Assembly: GCF_009914755.1 (NCBI RefSeq)
Contig: NC_060937.1
Strand: one strand, 5' to 3'
Source: the human T2T-CHM13v2.0 reference genome, Homo sapiens
Length of the DNA stretch: 64,000 bases
Part shown: one piece after another, positions 53,391 through 64,000 of the stretch
How positions within the stretch are numbered: the first letter of the stretch is position 1
Layout: every line of letters starts with the position of its first letter
Translations under genes and position numbers: made by a program
Notes under the pieces: model-generated
Seen by the model: the letters and a program-made list of their open reading frames with translations, nothing else
The model's database searches: none
Told to the model about the DNA's origin: nothing

Positions 53391-54234
53391 TATTAGCATA
53401 ATCATTTAAGATTCTTAATGAGAGGAGAAAAAAAACTTTTCTTGATTTCCAAGTAGGGAGAGATGAGGAAATAAAGCAGAAAATGGAAGAATTGTTCACT
53501 GCCAATTAGCTTGAGATTGAAACAACCAGAAAAGCAAAAATCTGAATGCGTCATTATAAAATGCAAACAAAGGCAGTTTGCAAATAGGCATGGGATGATG
53601 TCCTCATGAAGCAGATGGATTATAAAGTACCGAGGATGACTACCTCCTACCCCTCAAGACCTGTGCCCAGCTCCTGCATATAAGGACAGCATGACTTTTC
53701 AGCCCTTCCTAAGAACCCTTCAGCCAGAAACACTTCAAATGAGAGTACAAGAGTCTCGCTGACACCAAGTGCCAGCAAGTCCTTGTCATGTACAGCATCT
53801 GGGCAGAAGTAAGAACATCTGTTCCCAGCATGAACCTTATTAGCTTCATCATTTGGCTTTCAACCAAAAAAATGTACAATTATGATACATGGGCTTAATG
53901 GGTGGCAAGGTAGCAACTAATGCTCTGCAGCAGATGAGCTCAGGAGCAGGCGTGGCTATGGGGGTAGCGGCCATGCAGCGGGGGCAAGACACACCTAGCA
54001 GCAACAGCTCCATTACCTGGAGGCAACCTTGCAGCAACCGCAGGTTCTAGAGACAGAGGACAACTGGGGACTGGAAAGAAGAGAGAGTGAGAAAAAGGAG
54101 GGAGAACGGAAGAGGAGGAGAGAGGAGAGAAGGGGAGAAAGTGAATGAGAGGCATGAGAGTGAAGCCATAAAGACCCCACCCAGACATAAAAGTGAGGGT
54201 GAGGGAGCGGGGCAGACAAAGTAGCTCTGCCTGG

Positions 54235-54520
54235 CACATGGTAGAGCAGGATGTCCCACACACTAAAGCAGGGCCGCCTGGGTCTGCACCTCATCTCCAC
54301 CACTTCCCTGATGTGTGCACTCAGGCAAGCTGCCTCGTCGCTTTGTGCCTTAGTTCTCTCAACCCCTGAGAGGGGAAAATCACAGCACCTACCTCAGAGG
54401 GTTGATGTGAGGGGTAAGTGTGTTACTCTGCATAAGGCACTTGAGCAGTACTTGACATGGAGCAAGCTGCCATCATCGCATCATCATCATCATCATCATC
54501 ACTACTACTACTATCATCAT
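54235..54520 (+). mobile_element. MIR SINE with (CAT)n/(TAC)n tail
   Basis: acctacctcagagggttgatgtgagg...gcacttgagcagtacttgacatgg, followed by catcatcat repeats. Confidence 0.75.
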
Positions 54521-55619
54521 TACTTGTAAGACTGATTTAAATACTCCTTATATACTTGCATATACTCCTTACAGCATGATGAGCTAGGTACCAGTATTAT
54601 CCCCACATCGCGCAGCAAGCGTGTGGAAGTGAAAAGCTGGGCCTTAGCAATCTGCCTCTGGAGCCCGTGCTCCTTACCATCTCCCAGGCAGGACTCAACA
54701 GCCTCCCTAAGAATTGCCCTTGAGCTTGTCACTGCCATAATAAAAACAACAGAAGCAGCACAGACTAAAGCTTATGTCTGGGTTTGTTACATGGAAGGCC
54801 AAGAGCAATCTCCTTCCCTGGGCCTCCTTATTACAGGTAGCACTCCCTGCACCTAAGGAAGCAGGATTGAAATTAAGGAGACGTGGGTTTGAATCCCAGC
54901 TCCACACTCAAGAGCAGTGGGCATGCCTGCGGAGGTAAATGGCTGCCTCCTGCGCCTGCTGCTCTCTGCTGGAACCAGAATGAGACACCCCTAGGTCTGT
55001 GGTGAGGATTCAGCAGGGCTGTGGAAGTAGAGCTCTCCCAGTGTCTGGCAGTCAGCATATCACAGATCTAGCATCAGTACAAGACAGCGTGTTCCCTGTG
55101 AAAGCTGAGAAATGCTGGGAAGGGGAGACAGGAAGATAAAAGCGGGAGGACGGAGGGAAGCTTCAGCAGACGGCAGACAAGGAAGCAGCATCAGAGCGGG
55201 TGATGAGGTGGGAATGAAGGCTGTGGGAATGGAGGTCGCAGTGGAGTGAGGTGGGCTCTAGAGAAACAGGGAAGAGCTGGCCTCCTGGGAGCGAAGAACC
55301 CTGCTCACCTCAGCACCCCAGGTCTCTCCCAATTACATTATGGGTGTTCCTGATAGCAAAATAAAGTTTCAACCAAAGGCTGAATTATGTGCAAAATTCT
55401 CTATATAAGAGGTCAGGGGTTTACACCTCTTAAGAGGGCTTCTTACAAAATTGTTAAAATGTTATAGAAGGTACGTAAAGTGGGGGTATGTTACTAACAT
55501 CCAAAACAAAGCAGATTATGAAGAAAGGTTCATAGTCAATGGATTCTAATAAAACTGAGGAGTTGCTGTTTGTATTTATGTATGGTCCTTCATCCTGGAA
55601 GATGCCTTCTTGGTGTTCT

Positions 55620-55850
55620 AGTCACCTGGGTGCTGGCATATGAATAACTGTTTAATCCTGGGCAAGTTGCCTAACCTCTCTGAGCCTCAAGTTTTTTCCA
55701 TCTGTGAAAGAAGTATGAGAATAGAGCCTACCTCATAGGTGGATGTAAACATTAAACAAGAGAACGCGTGGGAAGAGGTCACATGATGCCTAGCATGTGG
55801 TGTGAACGCACCAACGTGAGCTCATAGGATTACTGCTGTTTGCATTATCA
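55620..55850 (+). mobile_element. MIR SINE
   Basis: ctgggcaagttgcctaacctctctgagcctcaagttttttccatctgtgaaa...cctacctcatagg. Confidence 0.85.
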
Positions 55851-57443
55851 TGTGGCAATGGCACAAGACAAAGTGCTGCGATGTGGCTTCAGAGTCGACA
55901 CATCTAATTTCTGGAAATTAGTCAAGGAAAGCAGTCAATAACATTAACACCTCCCTCTGCCTCTCGCACCATCTGCACCAATCACAAGTCCTCTCAGCTC
56001 CACTTTATGAGAACTTCTATCTTCCACTCTGTTTCCTTCCTTCTCACTCACTGACCTCATTTGGTTTTCATCTGCCATGGGGTCTACCTCAACCAACTGC
56101 AAGGGCCTCTGCAGACATTCTTCCCTCTACTCCATTTAGTCCATTCTTCATACAGAAGCTGTGTAGCCCCTTTTTGAAGTCTCAGTTTATATTAAAATTT
56201 GATTCATCCACTTTTAAAAATTCTACTGCATAGTATAACCCCATTTGTTTTACTTTTTAAAAACCATATTTAAGTTACTTACCATTTGGTTAAATTGACA
56301 CTCCCAAAACTTCCCAAACCTTCTCCAGCCAGCTCTGTAGCTAGTGCGTGTTAGGGGCTCAGCAAATGTTTGTGGACTTACACCACAGATGTAAAGAAAT
56401 TTCCTAAGTAGAAATTCACATGCAAACATGATAATGACTGGGAAGTGAGGAGGGTGAGGTGATGCCTGTATTATTTCTTAATTTCCCAAGTATAGGGACA
56501 AGTATTTTCTAAGAGTCTTATAATTTAATACATATTTTTAAGATAAAATGTATGTGGGAGGATTACCTAGACACACACATAGCAGAGCATCCTTTGCTTG
56601 CTACCTGTGTCTGCTGTTTGCAAACACCATTGCTATTTCTGAGCAATGTTTCTTCACCAGGAAAGAACAGGTCCCCCAGACTCTGACAGATCACATGCTG
56701 CCCAAGGATACAACATTAAAGAACAATGACCACTGAAGTCAGGAGAAAACGCAATCATGCCCCTCCCAGGATCAAGCAACTGTCACACCCTACTCCTGCC
56801 ATCTTGAGTCAGAAGGAATAAATGCAGGACGAGCTTGGGACTCTGATGTTGCCTACTTCCCTGCATCTCGGGATTTTTGCTCTTCTTGGGATTCTCGTCG
56901 GTAACACAAAATGAATAGTCCACCACTACCTGCTCAAAGCAGTGGACTGGCTCAGTCATGATTTGCTAGCAGTTTCAAAACACAAAACGATATTGCTGAG
57001 ACTGACTGCCAAGAAGCAGGGTTTATCCTGTATCTCTTCTCCCCCGTGGGTGAGAAAAGAGAGCATCAGGTTTGTGGGATCCAAAGTTGCAAGCAGTGAT
57101 TTATTTACTCTTAGCAACCATGGCTGAAGCTTAGTGACATCTGTAAGCTGAACATTCTCATCAAGTGTGTGTTTTATTGAACCGTTTGCCCTCAGGGTGC
57201 TGCAGGCTTAGTTGACATCCTGCTTGAAGCTGACAACTCACACTCCACCATCCACTGACAAGAGGCTGGGCTCCAGCTATGCACAGGCACACACGGCACT
57301 CCTATTCTGCATCTAGTTTTTGTGGCTCCTCATCACCAGGTAACAGCATCTCACAAACCTCTTAGTCATCACTCCCCTTCTCAGAGTGCCAGTGCCTCAA
57401 GGAAGATGCTTTTCCTTTTCTTGAAAGCACCGTTTTCCGCTTT

Positions 57444-57459
57444 TTTCAGTTTCATTTCC
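57444..57459 (-). promoter_or_regulatory. ISRE/EICE-type IRF motif
   Basis: Minus strand GGAAATGAAACTGAAA matches both GGAAnnGAAA and GAAAnnGAAA. Confidence 0.4.
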
Positions 57460-57764
57460 TGTTTGCAGTTTAAGAGCCAACAAGGCAGATGGATGAAGTA
57501 TCAGCATGACTGAGAGGGAAAAACCATGCAGGGCGCTCCCTGCATAGCGCCCGCCACAGCCCAGGCCTCCTGCAGATGATCCTGGAGATAGGTGAACGCT
57601 AGCCATGCTCACTTCTGCCATGCAGCACACGACTCCAAAACAGAGACGCATGACAACTTCCTCAGTTCTGGCAGATTCTTTCAGGATCCGGGGCTGTAAG
57701 ACTGTTACTCAGGTCTCAATAACACACAAAAACCAAAAACAAGCTATCCAACAAAAAAGATGAT

Positions 57765-58010
57765 TAAGAGGAAAAGCACTGGAGTGGGATAACCGTGAAT
57801 TTATATCCTAGTTCTTGCATCAACTAGCTGAGGGGCCCTGGGCAAGTTATTTGACCTCTTGGCATTTCAGTTTTCTTGTCTAAAAAAGAGAGGGTATAAT
57901 TGTACAAAGCTCATATAATTTATGGTAAGGATTACATGAGATAATTCATGAGAGTTCATGTAAATTCATAGCATAATACCTGATACCTAGTAAGTGCTTA
58001 ATAAATATTA
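57765..58010 (+). mobile_element. MIR SINE
   Basis: ctgggcaagttatttgacctct...cagttttcttgtctaaaaaa...ggattacatgagataat...agtaagtgcttaataaat. Confidence 0.85.
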
Positions 58011-58014
58011 TGTG

Positions 58015-58240
58015 ACAGGGAGAGGAACACCACACACTGGGGCCTGTCGGGCGGGTGAGGGGAAAGGGGAGGGAGAGCATTAGGACAAATACTTAATGCA
58101 TGCGGGGTTTAAAACCTAGAAGACGGGTTAATAGGTGTAGCAAACCACCATGGTACATGTATACCTATGTAATAAACCTGCACATTCTGCACATGTATCC
58201 CAGAACTTAAACTAAAATTTTAAAAAAAGAAAATATCAAA
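58015..58240 (+). mobile_element. 5'-truncated L1PA (L1PA7/8-like) 3' end
   Basis: ggagggagagcattaggacaaatac...cacattctgcacatgtatcccagaacttaaa + A-rich tail. TSD core attatgtg on both sides. Confidence 0.92.
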
Positions 58241-60765
58241 AAAATTATGTGTCATTAGTCTTAGTACCTTGTTTCAAAATTATCAGTCAAGAAATGCACA
58301 CAGATGGGACATATTTCAGATTATTTCCATTGTCACTCAACTTTCAGCATATATAATCTCTTACACAGAAAAGGCCCTTATCCCTTCCTTGTTTTCCCTC
58401 GCCCACTCCATGCCCAATGTGCCTGCTCTCACCTCTGACTCCTGTGCTGATTCCAGGGCCATGGGCAGTCTTGACCTTCATTCTTCCCTAGAAAGTACCT
58501 TAAGGGCAGGGACCATAGCCTTCCTAGCTTTTTATTCTTTTTAGTGTCTGGGTCTTCAACTAGGAGGACCTTCCCACTCTTTTCTGAGTAGAATGCTTGC
58601 CTTAACTCTGGCAACTTAAAAAATGAACTATTGATTTCATGAGCTGAGATCTTTGAAGATTTTCAAAGTCTCAGAACCACTTCCCAGTCAGAGAAGTTCA
58701 AAGAATGAATTCATCGACTGGCTTATTCTGCTCAGACATCATTTCCACTTCAGTCAGGAGAGGCTGGGGAAAGGTTGCTCACTGGGGAGCTTTCACCTCT
58801 TCACAGACTGTCTGATATCAGAGGAAGGGAACTTCCCCATAGTGTTCCCACGTCAGAACACTTGAATACCATGAACATAAAACTCTCCCTCCTGACGGGC
58901 CCTGAGTGGACCCAATTCTTGCTCTTACAGCGAGGGACCCTGTGGCATGGAGCAGTAAACTGTGTTGTGCCACAGGACCCTGTGTGGGGAAGCCTGGTGC
59001 CACATCCTGGAAACTGTTTTCTTTCTGCATTGAGATGTATGGGATCCTGTTAAGGCAGAATCAAAGCTTACGCCAGCTTCTCTAGGGAGGTCTCACTCCC
59101 TATGCTTCATGACTCCTTCCAGATTCTCTTCCTTCCTTATGTATTACAACAAATTATAATTTATCCTCAGGTTTTAAAGGTGGATCTGGTGCTACCTAAA
59201 TGTCAAGTAATGTCATTAATGTCAATTAATGATGATGTAGAGTCCTTACACCAGCACAAGAAAGCCAATGAACAAGTAAGAGTTAAGAAAACTCCCCACA
59301 GCACATTAATTAAGAAAGCCAGGCTATGTAAAATGTTATTTTGAAAGAAGCCATTTTCTGCAGTGACATAAAATTTCATAGGCTGTTCTGGGCCTCCAGA
59401 TAGGACCCATGTAATAAGGCATCTCTGCCAAACCAGCCAGAAAACAGGGAAGTGAGACAGCCATGGGTCAGAACCCATAGATATAGGAATGGAAAACTCC
59501 AGAGAGCCCTCCTCTAAGATGTAAAGCCACCAATCGACAGACAGCCTGCTATATACAGGAAAGCTGTCAGTCATCTTTACTAAATAGGGAGGATACAACT
59601 TCCCTCCCCTCCAGGCCATAGAAAACTCAAATTCTTTACAAGTGTTTTTGAGATTCACATACAAAATTATCAATGACACCATCAAAATGGATGCCTGCAG
59701 ATCTTACAAACAAACTAGAAGCTAGCCTCATGGTTGCTCAGAAATGAGGGCATTTAGGCAAAGCTGGGAACTGAAGATTTGAGCAGGTGTGGGTCAGACC
59801 CTGGTGCTCAAAATAAATATTCTGCCCCAGAAGCTCTGGACTGGAAGGGAGGGACCCAAGTTCTCTGAAAGGACAACAGTGCCACAGCCAAACAGCTCAA
59901 GCAGTTTGCTGTCAATTAACCACCCCCTGTGTAATTTCAGGAAAATTTATTCTGTAAATTACAGACATTTTTGACACTTAACTCAGCAAAAAACAGTTGT
60001 CCAACAATGATTTTATGTCCAAATAAACCTGTCATCTTTATTCTTGGCCTTTTCCTTCCCTCGTACAGAAAATAAAAAGGATCCAGATATTTTCCAAGAG
60101 AAAATAAACTCCTAAAGCTGAAAGATTTGAGTTTTCAAGTTTGGTTAAAATGCTGAGTCCAAAAAGGGGGTTCTCAAGTTGGCACAGTGCTTCCCTCCCA
60201 CATCCCTACTTAATCACCACCAACTCCAGAGGCTGTGACTCAGAGAATGTGTGAGCCCAAGCCTCGTCTCATAAACACAGCATTTCCAGGCCCCATGTTC
60301 TCCATTCTTTGCTAGCACAGTGCAACTCAGGGTCAGGGCAAATAAGGTAAGAAGACCATTTGAGTTCAACTTCTGAAGCTGTTCTTTTCTCTGCTAAAGT
60401 TTAGGTAGAAGCCAAAAGAGCTGTTTTCTCTATTGTCTCAAACTAAACTGCTGACAACAAAGAAGTATGAGCACTTGGCAGAATTTCAAACTCCAACAAT
60501 AAGCAAACTGCACGAGGAGATTGTTTTGTGTTGCTTTTCTGTGGCTCTCCTTTTTCTACCATGGGATGTTCCAGAAAGCTGTGGGCACTCTGTCCGTGCC
60601 CACTCCCAGCAGCTCACGGAGCACATCCAGGAATAGGTGGACTCCCTCCCCTAGGATGGGCCCACTGCTGACCCACCTGCTCCAGGAACTGTGATTGGAA
60701 TACATTATCGAGATTTATGAGAGTCAAGAATAACTGAAAACCCTAGTAGGAGTGGAGAGGCATGA

Positions 60766-61108
<343 letters not shown>

Positions 61109-61454
61109 TCCCCTCTCTTTTTTTAACCTCCATTTTTCTCTCGATGTCTAGGGCTGTAATGGTTTGTTTCTACCCCCAACATTCATTCACTCAACATTAC
61201 ACCTTCCTTCCACCCTCCCTCCTCTGTTTCCCCCATGACCCAGGTCTTTTCCTTTACCTGTCTTCTACCAGATCTTCCTATGGTGTGCACCATTTCCTTT
61301 GGGCTCTGTCATCACTCAGTGACAACCAGGTTATCTGAGAGAATAATTTCTGCTAATGTGCCAAGAGAATATATGTGCCTGTTGGGTTCCTTCTGGAGAA
61401 GATGGTATTTTTAAGTATGGATGACCAAGGACTGGGATTCTAAAGGGGCTGGAC

Positions 61455-62602
61455 AAGATTAGTCAAGTAACTGTAAGCCAACTGAAATGAATTTGAATGA
61501 AAGAAGGAGTTAATTGGCTTATGTGACTGGGAAGGGTGGGGGTGGGGTGGCTGGAGGAACCCCGTCGGGACCTGCACTGACTCCCATCACAGCTCTGCCG
61601 GTGTGTTGTCACAGTTCTTATGAGCTTTTCCACTTCGCTGGGGCCAGAGCTATACTTCCAGGACCACACATCCTTATAGCTCCCATCAAGAGAAAAGATG
61701 TCTCTTTCCTGGAGTCTGGAAAGAAGGACTTTCATTGGTACGGCCTTGAATCACATGCTCATCCCTGGACCAATTCCTGTGGCCAGGAGATTTAGCCTGT
61801 GTCCTCATTTGCTATTGCTGCCGTAACAAATTATCACAGGCTTATTAGCTTACAACAAAACACATGTATTACCTCATGATTCTGAAGGTCAAACCATATT
61901 AGGGTCTCCCTAGACTAAAATCCAGGTGTCAGAAGGCTGCATTCCTTTCTCCAGGAGAAACCTGTTTCCTTGTGTATTCAGTTTGTTAGCAGAATTCAGT
62001 TCCTTGTGCCTGTAGGACTGAGATCCCGGTTTCCTTACCTGTCTCCATCTGTGGACCATTCCCAGCTTCTCGAAGGGCTCACATTCCTTAGGTTATAGCC
62101 CTTTCTTCTAGCTTTAAAGCCAGCAATGGTGAGTCAAGTCTTTCTCATGTTTCAAATCTCTCCTGCTTCTTTTATTGTTATCACATTTCTTTGATCCTTC
62201 TGCTTTTCTTTTCCACTTTCAGGAGGCCATGTGATTACTTTGGGCCCAACTAGATAATCCAGGAGAATCTCTCCATCTGAAAGTCCACAACCTTAATTCC
62301 ATCTACAAAGTCCCTTTTGCTGCGTAATGGCAATGTATACATAAATGGCATACTTATGTAAATGGCAATGAATATGTAAAACATACTCAAGGGTTCTGAG
62401 GATAGAACACAGCCCTTGGGGAGGGAGCATTATGTGGACACCACAGCCAGAGCTTGGTCAAATATCCACCTAGGGAAGCCAGGCCAGGGCTGGTGTGACT
62501 GACAGCTCCAACAGAACCATGTGGAAAGGGAGGGAAGGGGAAACTCCCTAGTGAAGAATAGGATGCTATTAGCGGAAAAAGAAGAGAAAAGATGTCCCCT
62601 TC
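61455..62602 (-). mobile_element. Older MaLR LTR (MLT1J/K-like), split by a nested LTR
   Basis: caagtaactgtaagccaactgaaa...attggcttatgtgactggg; tcattgg...tcacatgctcatccctggaccaattcctgtggccagg; resumes after 62445. Confidence 0.65.
61800..62445 (-). mobile_element. MaLR solo LTR (MLT1D/E-like), nested
   Basis: tgtcctcatttgctattgctgccgtaacaaattatcac...caccaca. Near-TSD gcctg/gccag. Confidence 0.85.
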
Positions 62603-63706
62603 AAAGCAGGTTGGGCCTTACTACACATTTAAGTCACTGCTCAAAGATATTAGTGGGCTCTGTAGTTAGGAAATTTAATATTCCCAATAACAACTACCCT
62701 AAACATTTTTTAAATTAACAAATGAAAAAAATGAGAAGGGAAGCAGGCCAGAGGCAGAAAATTAATCTATCAAAAATACCCATTTCCAAGGGCTGGAACT
62801 TTGCTGGGCTTAACCAAGAAACACGGAAGAAACAGAAACTATTTGTTGGCATTTGGCCCAAGGAGTCATGCTCACTTATGGCAACAGAGGGCAGTCAGGA
62901 AGGAGGAGGGGACAAGAATCTGACTCAAGACCCATGTGCTCTGGTAGACCAGGGCCTGCAACGGAGGAGGTGTAGCCAAAGATGCTAAATATACCATCTA
63001 TAGGATGAAGAAGTCTGGACTGTTTGTTGGGGCACACTGGTTATGGTCCAAACCCTGTAACCAGCCACACAACCTCGGGTAAGTCTCCATCTTGAGCCAG
63101 TTTCATCTCCAGTGATATGAGAGAGTGGGACTATCAAGAATGTCTGTGAGGTGACTGCACCAGTCCCCACTCCACACCCATGCCTGCCCAACTTCCATAA
63201 CCCACTCAGTGCTCTTTCCTGCTAAGCCCTTCTCAAGACAGCATTCCAACAGCCACTACCACCTGGTCCAAGTCAAAATGTGTATGAAAATCCCTCAGTC
63301 ATTCTAGAGTTAGATAACTTCTAAGGTGCTTTTGAGATTTGACATTTTGTGTCGTACAGTTCTGATATAGATAGACCAACCACTTAGGACCAAATGAGAC
63401 CCATTCAGGCTCTCATTTCAAACTCCTAATGCTGGATGAGGACAAAGCTACCTGGTAGGAAAGGCAAATAGAACTAAAAAAAATTCATGATTTAATCCAA
63501 GTGCTCAAGGACAGTTTCAGTAGGAAATCAAATCAGAGATAAAATAAATTTCCCTTTTCAACCTCAACCAGAAGGCTTGAAATGACACATAGATGTTTCA
63601 CAAAAGGTCAACTATAATCCTAGATGGACAGATAATTGCCTTGTGATTACATAGATAAGCAACCTGGGTTTTTGGCAGGAATAGCTGGTGCAAACAAATT
63701 GAGAAA

Positions 63707-64000
63707 TATTGCAGGTTGGTTCCCTAGAAGTTCGGAAACAGACATTACCAAATAGGAAATTTATTAGGGTGCGGTCTCGGGACTAACACCTGTCAAGGAA
63801 GGGAAGGAAACAGGATTTACCGGAGGGCAAAATTGGGCTGTGGACTCTGAAAAGGTCTCAGTTCACTGTACAGGGAGCTCCAAAACTAGACTGGCCTTTC
63901 AGAGACATCCTCAGTTGGGGTACGGGGTCAGATCTTTAGTTGCCTCCATTGACCTGTCATTGAATGGAGGCTAGTCCCAGGCAGATGGCTCATGGGTAAG
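63707..64000 (-). mobile_element. ERVL LTR (LTR16-like), runs off the window end
   Basis: ggttggttccctagaag...tttattaggg...aacacctgt...ggaaggaaacaggatt...gagggcaaaattgggctgtg...gggagctcc. Confidence 0.7.

Noticed and set aside
56799-56818. cttgagtcagaagg resembling the miR-378 3' half
   Set aside because: The seed region is absent and there is no hairpin partner nearby.

Overview
Primate (very probably human) non-coding genomic DNA, intergenic or deep-intronic. It has 12 Alu elements (J, S and one Y), many MIR and L2 relics, L1 3' fragments, hAT DNA-transposon fossils (MER5, MER102-like) and several solo ERV/MaLR LTRs. I see no CpG island, no recognisable protein-coding exon, no tRNA/rRNA/snRNA and no prokaryote-type system. 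The ORF track is explained by repeats and chance, and I cannot name the locus. Items not explained by repeats: (1) a ~105-bp inverted repeat at 46187-46292 whose arm also carries a G-quadruplex motif; (2) two local dispersed duplications about 1 kb apart (296 bp at 98%, ~130 bp at ~80%); (3) a minus-strand cassette/micro-exon candidate at 54017-54070 with a 152-nt AG-free zone and a downstream TGCATG; (4) two short perfect inverted repeats; (5) several dense TF-motif clusters (AP-1/CRE/TATA, STAT6+NF-kB, ISRE/EICE). Repeat subfamily calls and boundaries of old repeats are by eye and approximate.
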